Of a DNA stretch of 64,000 nucleotides, positions 6,001 through 11,497 are shown piece by piece; position 1 is the first letter of the stretch, and the number at the start of each line of letters is the position of its first letter. Made by a program: the position numbers and the translations under genes. The stretch lies in IMG/VR virus record IMGVR_UViG_3300032291_003679, positions 94,022 through 158,021 of that record, one strand, 5' to 3'. The notes beneath the pieces are model-generated. The model saw only the letters and a list, made by a program, of their open reading frames with translations. It was not told the origin of the DNA and did no database searches. The stretch comes from a virus.

Positions 6001-8918
6001 CGTGGCACAAGAATAGAAACGCCGCGAGCACTAGCTCCAGGCTTTAATTTTCCGCCTAGTTTTTCCCATTGCGTTCTGCCTGCCCATCTGTTTGTTTTGT
6101 AGCCGCGACTTTGCGCAGTAAGCAAAAGGGCTAGCTGATTCATGCCCTGGTAAACACGATTTTTAGTTGGGTTACGCGCAAAGATTTCCGGGTTGCGCCA
6201 CGGCATCTTCCATTGTTTTGTTTTGTCAGGGTTATCAATTAAGTCTTGCAGGACTTCGATAATCTCCTCGGCCATTCTCTTGTACATTTCCGCAAGGATT
6301 GGAGAGTCTTCTGGTATTTCTGCTTTATCTGGAAGTTTTCCGGATGAAAGTGCAGCACTAATTGGGCCGTCAAATTTTCTTATCTCGTTGTTGGTTCTCT
6401 TGTTTTTTGACTTATTTAGATATTTTGCGTAACCGCTAGAAAGCTTTTGCTCAGGGTCGTCTGGTATTGCTACGAACTCTGGCTTTCGGCCGCGGGCAAG
6501 TTCGAGGTTCTCTCTATCCTGGTCTTGCTGCATGATGGACGTGACAAGGTCCCTATCAGGAGGGATGCGAACGAACCCTGGCTTTCGGCCGCGGGCAAGC
6601 GGAGTGCTTCTGTCGATGACTTCTGGCTTCTCGTCTGGTATCTCTACAAATTCTGGCTTTCGGCCTTGGGAAAGACGCGTATTTCTATCGAGAACCTGTG
6701 GTTGCTTCGGCTTTTTCTTAGGCTTATCTGCCTCCGCTATTTCGTCTTCAGCCATCTTCTCGACACGATTCATATACTTGTCAAGGTCAGCAATAGCCTT
6801 CTTTAGCTTCTTTATCTGGTCAGCGTCAGTAGCGCCGTCCAGCACTCCCTGTAGTTCGTCTCTTTGAGATTCTGCGGCACCGTATTTTTCGGCTGAATCA
6901 ACATCTGGGTCGTCTATTCGCGGAAGGTCTAGCGGGATTTTCCCTGAAGATAGACGCTCGGTCCGAGCAATAGTTTCTGATTCTGGCTTAGAAAGCTGAC
7001 GGGGTGACGGCTTTGGGTTACGAATTGAGCCAGGACCATCTGGAGTTGGGTCCGGAGTAGCAAGTGGGACGCCACGAAGGAATAGACCTTCACCGACGAC
7101 TCCGTTGAGGTTTGCGTCACGAGCTGTGAATGGGTCAAAGTCTTCTGCCCCGATTGAGGTAAAGAACCTTCCACGTGAACGACCGCCTCCAATGTTAGGA
7201 CGGTCGATTAGGCGACTGCCGATAGCGCGTCCGAGGCGGTAACCAGCCGCCTTCCACTCTATGTCATTCTCACCTAGAGATTTTTTTTTTAGATTATCAA
7301 CAGCCGTATCGATGGCTTCAATCAGCTCAAAGCTGACACCAGAGGTGATGACGATGCCGTTGACATCCACAAAGGAGTCGACATTGTGATAGTCAAAGAT
7401 TGGGTCTAGAGCTTGTTTTACTTGAAAGGCAAACTGAGGCACCACTGGAAGCAAGTATGGCTTCTGGTCGAAATTGTCATCTTTTGTTGAGCCAAACTCG
7501 CTGAGAAGCTTAAACTTACGACGCTTCTTGCGGCGTCTCCCAACAACTCCACGGAGTGCTGCAACTGCAAGTTCTCCTGGATACTTTACTTCCAGGTCAG
7601 CAATGTAGTCCTCTTCGTTGAATTCTTCGTCAAGTTCATAAGTCTTCTTAGATGCTGTGTCGCCGGTGACTACTCCCTTGGGAATTACGGCAAATCTGCA
7701 CTTGCCTTCTGGCTCGACATCCATGGCGATTATCTTGCAAGAATTTCCACCTTGGTAGAAGACGCAGTTTGCGCACTTAACGCCAATTGCAGCAACTGGG
7801 TTTTCAGCTGCAGGCTTATAGCCAGCCCAAACGCCGTCAGAATCCTCGTTGAAACGACCGTGGCGCTTAACAATCTTAAGAAGAGCATCTCTTAAGTCTG
7901 TTTCTTCTTGGTCGAGATTGTTTTTGTCAAACTCTGGCTGATTTCTTTCATCATCCATGTCTTCGTATTGGACGGGGGGCAGAGGAACCATACGGTTGCC
8001 GTTTTCTCCAGGCTTAATAGCAATTGGCATCGCCGGCATTTGTGATGGGCGAATCACTCTTTGTGGCTCATTTGCAGGGACACCAGGTGCCAGCATTGGC
8101 ATATTCTGCATTGGCGCAACTGGCTTGCGTGCTGGCATCACCACAATCTGCTGTGGTGGACCAAACATGTAGCGTCCGCGGTTCCCACTAAATCCGCACT
8201 TGTAGCGACCGACTTCACCATTGTCCATTCTGCGGGCAAATGTAATTTCGTCGTCGTTTACGTCCATCAGTGAAACTTTTGCACCAAGGATTGTAGCTAG
8301 TTGCTTTTCTATTTCAGCCTTGTCGATGGCGTCTTCGTCGTCTTCCATCATCGCCATCATGACGCCACTGGCGTTGTCGTCAGACTTAACTGAAATTGTT
8401 CCAGTAAGTTGATTTGCTCCATGTAAAACGGGCGAGACCTCGTAAAGTTCAAGTTCGTAAATAACGTTTGCTTGAGACTTTTGGTCAAACTGGGCCCGAA
8501 GGGTCTTGTATCCGATTGACCATTCCTGCTCTTCTCCAAAGAAAGCAACCATGGCAAAAGCTTCCCGACCTTTTTCTGAATTAAGGTTGAATTGCACACG
8601 GGCGAACAGGCCACCAATGCCAGCCATTTTCATCTTAAGTGGCAAGCGATTGTCCGTATTTGGAACTTCGTAAATCTCTAGAACTTTACCGATTGGGTCA
8701 TTCCAGCTATGTCCCCAGACAACTCGTGGCTTACGGCGTTGGAGGCTCTTGGCGAATGCTCCACTTGCAACAATGTCACCAACGGAGTCTTTGTTACCAA
8801 TACCAGCAACGAAACACTCAACTATGCCCTGAGCCTCATCAAGGTTGATGTTTCCGCCCTTCGAAGAGAGCGAGTTACCAAGCGAAGTTGACTTGTATTC
8901 GAATAGTTCAGATGGCAT
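1..8918 (-). CDS. Giant prohead-protease-fused polyvalent protein (>=2972 aa, runs off the left edge): HK97-type protease + HiPIP-like domain + ArdC-like ssDNA-binding/zincin module + SF1 (UvrD-like) helicase + unknown domain
   Basis: ATG at 8918 (MPSELFEYKS...) with GAAGGG upstream. Hand translation found no in-frame stop down to position 3, consistent with its absence from the ORF track. The frame is maintained across the A10 run at 7281-7290 (CTA AAA AAA AAA TCT). Confidence 0.85.
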   Translation of the reverse strand, partial: MPSELFEYKSTSLGNSLSSKGGNINLDEAQGIVECFVAGIGNKDSVGDIVASGAFAKSLQRRKPRVVWGHSWNDPIGKVLEIYEVPNTDNRLPLKMKMAGIGGLFARVQFNLNSEKGREAFAMVAFFGEEQEWSIGYKTLRAQFDQKSQANVIYELELYEVSPVLHGANQLTGTISVKSDDNASGVMMAMMEDDEDAIDKAEIEKQLATILGAKVSLMDVNDDEITFARRMDNGEVGRYKCGFSGNRGRYMFGPPQQIVVMPARKPVAPMQNMPMLAPGVPANEPQRVIRPSQMPAMPIAIKPGENGNRMVPLPPVQYEDMDDERNQPEFDKNNLDQEETDLRDALLKIVKRHGRFNEDSDGVWAGYKPAAENPVAAIGVKCANCVFYQGGNSCKIIAMDVEPEGKCRFAVIPKGVVTGDTASKKTYELDEEFNEEDYIADLEVKYPGELAVAALRGVVGRRRKKRRKFKLLSEFGSTKDDNFDQKPYLLPVVPQFAFQVKQALDPIFDYHNVDSFVDVNGIVITSGVSFELIEAIDTAVDNLKKKSLGENDIEWKAAGYRLGRAIGSRLIDRPNIGGGRSRGRFFTSIGAEDFDPFTARDANLNGVVGEGLFLRGVPLATPDPTPDGPGSIRNPKPSPRQLSKPESETIARTERLSSGKIPLDLPRIDDPDVDSAEKYGAAESQRDELQGVLDGATDADQIKKLKKAIADLDKYMNRVEKMAEDEIAEADKPKKKPKQPQVLDRNTRLSQGRKPEFVEIPDEKPEVIDRSTPLARGRKPGFVRIPPDRDLVTSIMQQDQDRENLELARGRKPEFVAIPDDPEQKLSSGYAKYLNKSKNKRTNNEIRKFDGPISAALSSGKLPDKAEIPEDSPILAEMYKRMAEEIIEVLQDLIDNPDKTKQWKMPWRNPEIFARNPTKNRVYQGMNQLALLLTAQSRGYKTNRWAGRTQWEKLGGKLKPGASARGVSILVPRDGRTVINADGQAIQMGRYYVVQTVYNVDDVSNLPNKYYEVEDTDINQEQRLQDIENVIQEIGPAFVESKGQQAFYRPSTDKIHMPAFEQFENALAFYGTAMHETIHWTSHPTRLNRTLGREFGDDQYAFEELIAEIGSAFAMGSMGLEPTVREDHLLYLNSWLKKLRSDPLAIHRAIVQAQQANDYLLNRSATMRRLAGIPDDERKGKEDSWYEVPMLAGYEDIEPIKPTTTIVGPLEDLLDSEAFDDFVPSSPSERELARSLEGLPAKNKDGVVITPSGALASGKQDGPISGTPKGKQKGVADIERIDEKVSLGLAFALKDEPTNEQRDIIAVAMSLIHKRNPAVFSVLAGAGTGKTTTLKSIAWALQREFELWPEGDVRRAEQLAYLSDTYGVDFSKIPADKIEETVADLAKANKTGNIFYTVFNTKNQLEAEVEFPKNTGIATTDKLWQWSLRLGQGDARYGKGMRRKLVMLNKSRDSKKSMRRNPKWKSEEETPDVEKMIGKNFVRETFDGTIETFVGEDPGLEALGWVVLESGEDFVKHLEINKWPNQKKKKKMVTVVDTTGKPVLNEKGKKTKVEVEVDGFELPNGEFVEFSEMGDLLANALRRWGLSKEEKVTAQHFMQPKKAIEDLDTPRGHGKKPGGVDSILPESAIPKLWIDSVQSIVDQISDGDSNVMPSMELIAKLWMLTDPDLRTDPGLITHSSNQTRAKVAIPSSLSEGDTYVADGEEWIVTTISDKAGKTSRATLRKKVATPENPLGAFMVDESQDTNEVLETVLDRNRDKLPIIIVGDDRQAVYAFRDSKNILESLQPEYAQSITESFRYGGVIGHATNLVLGGQNLHLTKQGVPQPVAWKHVKGQAQTVINRQFDPLLPKEDRRGNFPVEELDDATRELLIAKIEKKYSSPTEKLNISSLSRREQDKALKELRDKLYAPKEGRIVDRYEEADKGNLPTMILCRTNAEIINEALKFINIVINSRAVKKDERGMPKLPEVIIPASKWEQLVTFTKHLDFINRTPQQQRDYVARFGKPQASGWLGNVWTTGALQKALSQARYQQARSAYNLIMKPPKNDPTGKALGTKGMLELLQGTVVKGVHEKGKAKGKEKIDIIPAVLIPERKTMELDNWNVGVDQIREIAGRQKSAWKAKSTQREKLFIIPNVDDTFKQAVYAALEIEGGSDKSPGKATGRIIITGDGVDTGRPIDRPDGSQKVNTPPGGRGSNNGRYRRDLEKAIIQLGLQDKIEVMQEAERGFRIEGQAGRRHYDGFVIKGETLEESTEILAQIAQAVRDAAKTGGGDVEITTMQLSKGRESRFVAVAEDMGDPSQNLPSNLAQGEAGIGFMEEGNLVHVAFSRAKEMLDPGNAGFFYYLHDERTKAIRDAMKQAVVDGHIPPELDRGAFGDKDGIPLPDWYKAINAMSLSELENGFPARPTDEKDDEVIVVPVPVDDDGDSEEVEGIITEIDEEDYEFGEDGKPGEDDFVLPEGDDDDEVVDEGDIDDVLGMTLSSGATTDGSRRLTRRSRKISGSNIYGGSLSAQQLAGLRINGDPNSSKNRQALQFAMQAWDGVRKRGIAIDIDDDSLSVPVRQSRTRGAMQNVGKAMKARQERVRIGKISDNNKNENPSAETWMLSIDKLADTIRIPTEFTSRENFNTEDGSTIRWTQSRPATRDEISKMLGLSPANAAKMREPDAGINHDAVRLLIAELGKQKELSAWRYFAPVSANEAKKVVQSPEGDIIEDISQIDLASENAGRANMRDRFIIETFGKDAFPYWFDVEENQSMTPEEYVQLGEVSETSKFRASGRFYPDSATRGDSEAEIDLYGESFDMLLPEEGSIDDSGEIIRDDKTAIEDFDLDSLLDYLGIDRKEWKKGLQERLSSAFGTDSIGINDAWRRKGIPTATIAQMIRNGVLPDAKSVWKESDTGERFDTEMKRPKYAVYEALYEFIDKSFPKLNTRENRNKIIEATDLAYTLEAATQNRGSVWTPSKGNEPRFSGSELQSM
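1925..5040 (-). other. Superfamily 1 (UvrD/Rep-like) helicase domain with large insertions, within the giant ORF
   Basis: Q motif TNEQ; Walker A AGAGTGKT (about 4926-4950); DESQD (3687-3701); VGDDRQAVYAFR; TESFR; ILCRTN; TMQLSKGRE; LVHVAFSRAK. Confidence 0.9.
5430..6295 (-). other. ArdC-like module (ssDNA-binding N-domain + zincin metallopeptidase) within the giant ORF
   Basis: WKMPWRNP...ARNPTKNRVYQGMNQLALLL...RWAGRTQW, then AFYRPSTDKIHMP...FYGTAMHETIHWT (HExxH at 5682-5696)...RLNR...YAFEELIAEIGSAF...YLNSWLKKL. Confidence 0.88.
6462..6690 (-). repeat. Three copies of the peptide repeat L[SA][QR]GRKP[EG]FVxIP[DP] in the giant ORF linker
   Basis: DNA repeat ctggctttcggccgcgggcaag at about 6479-6500 and 6578-6599, plus a variant ctggctttcggccttggg at about 6653-6670. 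Confidence 0.85.
7281..7290 (-). other. A10 homopolymer, a candidate slippage/frameshift site between the protease part and the cargo part
   Basis: Ten T on the + strand. The -1 frame stops at 7270-7272 (TGA) and the +1 frame stops at 7274-7276 (TAG). Confidence 0.5.
7690..7830 (-). other. HiPIP-like 4-Cys domain within the giant ORF
   Basis: AGYKPAAENPVAAIGVKCANCVFYQGGNSCKIIAMDVEPEGKCRF: C-x2-C-x8-C-x12-C with an upstream Tyr, as in small HiPIPs. Confidence 0.6.
8385..8860 (-). other. HK97-family prohead (maturation) protease domain of the giant ORF
   Basis: GNKDSVGDIVASGAFAKSL, catalytic His in VVWGHSW, catalytic Ser in EWSIGY, ELYEVSPVLHGAN; lies directly downstream of the portal. Confidence 0.92.
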
Positions 8919-8950
8919 GCAATAGACCCTTCAAGTTGTGTCTATTGAAG

Positions 8951-8986
8951 ATAATAAGCGATTGGGAAGTCTGTTTGGTGTAACTA
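8951..8986 (-). promoter_or_regulatory. Putative phage promoter TAG-TTACAC-N21-TATTAT for the protease polyprotein
   Basis: Same motif and 21-nt spacing as the sites upstream of the sheath and tail-chaperone genes. Confidence 0.55.
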
Positions 8987-9049
8987 TTACTTAAGATTTC
9001 AGTATAAAGAAACTATTCTATTGTTGGCGTTAATTTACTGAAACTGCAC

Positions 9050-11155
9050 TTAAACAGTCTGCCCAAAACCCCAAGCCGCCCTGGTTTCCCGCTCCGCGAA
9101 AGAGTCTTGTTGATGAGCGAAAAACTCCGTAAACATCTCTACAAGTCCGTCTCGGAAGAAAGAGAATCTCTTTTCCTCGTCCGCATACTCAAAAGATTTG
9201 AGCATTAGTGAATTTATTTCACTGAAGTGTGACTCGTTAATCTTTTTGATTCTTGCAACATGAGCATCAATCATTGCTCGAACATCTTTTGCGGGCAGTG
9301 CCTTTACTCTGAGGCCCTTCTCCGATGCTTCGTTCACTCGTGACTCAAACGAGTCATTGATAATTGAAGAAATAACCGGCCTGATGTCTTCATCAAATTG
9401 CTTGTTCCATGTGTCTATGGACAGAACCGATTCGATGTCAAGAGTTCCATGCATTAGTGCTTTTTTGGACTTTAGTCCGCTTGCTTTTTCAAGAACTACC
9501 CGCTGCTGGCGCTCCATGACTCTTTCTACTCCGCGTGAGAGAATGTTGGTCCAACGCTCAATCGATTGTTCATTTCTATCGACTGATTCTTTTTCTGAAT
9601 CATCAGACTTTGTCTCAATCTCAGATTCTGGGGATGAAGCGACCGTTGTTGGTGCTGGAGGCATTGCTGTCTGCGGTATCCCGCCGAAAGCCTCTGGTGG
9701 AACAGTTGTTTGCGCAAGCTGTCCTTCTGCTGCTGTCTCGGCAAGAGCACCAGCCATTGTGTTCGTATCGAGCGGCATGACTTCTCCGCCTGGAGGAATA
9801 GGTGCTGGGGCACCTGGAGGCATTCCTGGCATACCTGGGGGCATTCCTGGCATTCCTGGCATTCCTGGCATTCCTGGCATTCCTGGTGCTCCTGGAATCT
9901 GTGTTTGTCCCTCTTCCATCTTCTTTTTGGTATTGGCGATAGGAATGAGGTTTGGATTTTGCAGCAGAGAGTCAGCAAGGTCTGCTTCTACTTCTTTGCG
10001 TGAAGAACCCATTCTGTATTCGTTTGCGCTGATAAGACCAGACTGGAACTCTTGGAGAAGGTATTTGTCTCTCTCTTGCTTATAAAGCATAAGGATTGGC
10101 ACTTCGGACGTATCAAAATCTAAATAGAATTTTTCATCAAGTTCGTCAAGGCCACGAGCCAATGGCTCTAGGTGAGGAAGCATTGTCTCCATCCAGAAAA
10201 CACGAATTTCTTCAGCTGCGTTACTAAATGTTCTTCCTGCAGCATTTCCGATAACTGATTCCGGGACACCGAAGGATGAAAGAATTTCTTCTTTTGTTAT
10301 CTGTCGCATCTGAATATATGCAGCATCACGCGGGTTCGCGGAAGTATCAACAAAATCCACCCCATCGTCTGCTGCAATAACCGTCGTATGGCCTGCTTTT
10401 GCAAGATTTCCACGGAATCTGCTTCTTAGCTCTTCCTTGTCGTCCTCGTCAATTGCGCCCCTAACGACCAAAAGTCCACCAGGGCGGCCATCGTTTAGGA
10501 GGTAGTTGCGGTTATAAAGTTTGGCTAGGTTTTCAATTTCAATTGCTACGCCAGCTGCCTCTAGGGGTGTTAGAGACAGGTATGGGTCAAGTGGATGAGG
10601 TCTTCTTATCCAGCAAACATCTTCTGGCTTGAGAATTCTTTTTTCTCCATATGGCATCTGCACTTCATAGCCAGATACAAAAGTTTTAGGGTCGGGGATT
10701 GGGGCTGTTGATTGGGGCGGAAGAAGGTTGAGCGCGATGATGCGACCATCTCGCCCAAATATTTTCTCAATAAATGCGCCGCGAGTTCCAAGAAGCAACT
10801 GGGCAGAAAGCCTGTATCTGAATATAAAGGAGTTTTCTCCAACATTTGCTTTATTATTCAGAAGCTCCAGAAGGGTTGAGCGATTTGCTTCTCTACCTAC
10901 AACTATTTCGCCCTTATTTGAGTTGTTTTTTCTGAGAATTATTGGAAGTCGCGCTTGGTTGCCAGCGATTGCATCAATACACCTGTTAACCCAGGTGATT
11001 TTTGACATTCCTTCACGGTAGGCGCGCTCAATATCCCAAGAGTCACGGTATGCCTTCCCAGCAAGAGATGGGTTAATGGAGATAGGCGCTCCATACCCAA
11101 CGTCCTTTCTGGACTGGGAATTTATGTTTTTGTTTTGAGGTGCGTTCCAAGCCAT
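9050..11155 (-). CDS. HK97-family portal protein with a Pro/Gly/Met linker and a C-terminal MuF-like helical extension
   Basis: WVNRCIDAIA, QLLLGTRGAFIE, LSLTPLEAA, NDGRPGGLL, EILSSFGVPESVIG, TFSNAAEE; position between terminase and protease. Confidence 0.92.
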   Translation of the reverse strand: MAWNAPQNKNINSQSRKDVGYGAPISINPSLAGKAYRDSWDIERAYREGMSKITWVNRCIDAIAGNQARLPIILRKNNSNKGEIVVGREANRSTLLELLNNKANVGENSFIFRYRLSAQLLLGTRGAFIEKIFGRDGRIIALNLLPPQSTAPIPDPKTFVSGYEVQMPYGEKRILKPEDVCWIRRPHPLDPYLSLTPLEAAGVAIEIENLAKLYNRNYLLNDGRPGGLLVVRGAIDEDDKEELRSRFRGNLAKAGHTTVIAADDGVDFVDTSANPRDAAYIQMRQITKEEILSSFGVPESVIGNAAGRTFSNAAEEIRVFWMETMLPHLEPLARGLDELDEKFYLDFDTSEVPILMLYKQERDKYLLQEFQSGLISANEYRMGSSRKEVEADLADSLLQNPNLIPIANTKKKMEEGQTQIPGAPGMPGMPGMPGMPGMPPGMPGMPPGAPAPIPPGGEVMPLDTNTMAGALAETAAEGQLAQTTVPPEAFGGIPQTAMPPAPTTVASSPESEIETKSDDSEKESVDRNEQSIERWTNILSRGVERVMERQQRVVLEKASGLKSKKALMHGTLDIESVLSIDTWNKQFDEDIRPVISSIINDSFESRVNEASEKGLRVKALPAKDVRAMIDAHVARIKKINESHFSEINSLMLKSFEYADEEKRFSFFRDGLVEMFTEFFAHQQDSFAERETRAAWGFGQTV
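9840..9884. repeat. Five tandem 9-mers GGCATTCCT encoding (PGM)n in the portal linker
   Basis: Direct reading of the sequence. Confidence 0.95.
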
Positions 11156-11162
11156 GCGTTAT

Positions 11163-11429
11163 CTACTCAGAACCCAACAAGAAACCGAAAAGTCCACAAG
11201 AGACACCAGCGACCACCCAACCGGCAGGGAAAAATATCATTCCTGCTCCAATACTAGTAAATATTATAAAGCAAAGCATTAATACATTTGCGAAAGTTCT
11301 ACGATTAGCCCTAATTTGAAGCCATCTGCGGAAAACCCGAATTTTTAAAGTTAACCGAGCCGGAAGCGTCTTGATGGTCTTTTTAAATTTGCGGCGTCTG
11401 TTTTTTGTTTCTGCTTGCGCTGGGGGCAT
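11163..11429 (-). CDS. Small membrane protein upstream of the portal
   Basis: Basic N-terminus and two hydrophobic segments; TACTGT 7 nt before the ATG (leaderless). Confidence 0.7.
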   Translation of the reverse strand: MPPAQAETKNRRRKFKKTIKTLPARLTLKIRVFRRWLQIRANRRTFANVLMLCFIIFTSIGAGMIFFPAGWVVAGVSCGLFGFLLGSE

Positions 11430-11497
11430 GTAAGATACAGTAGCGCATAAGTTGGCTCTCGCGCACTAAGAGCCTTATCGATTGGTATTTATAGTTT

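Noticed and set aside
666-8891. The many short ORFs listed in the track over 0.6-8.9 kb (for example 3877-4734 +, 4909-5445 +, 8357-8617 -)
   Set aside because: They are antisense or off-frame shadows of the giant minus-strand ORF, with no recognisable motifs
8997-9043. Inverted repeat TTTCAGTA...TACTGAAA after the portal stop
   Set aside because: AT-rich 8-bp arms with a long spacer and no U-tract; too weak to call a terminator or operator
9357-10085. 242-aa + strand ORF with GIP repeats, and the 9526-9978 QEC-repeat ORF
   Set aside because: Alternative-frame readings of the portal PGM repeat
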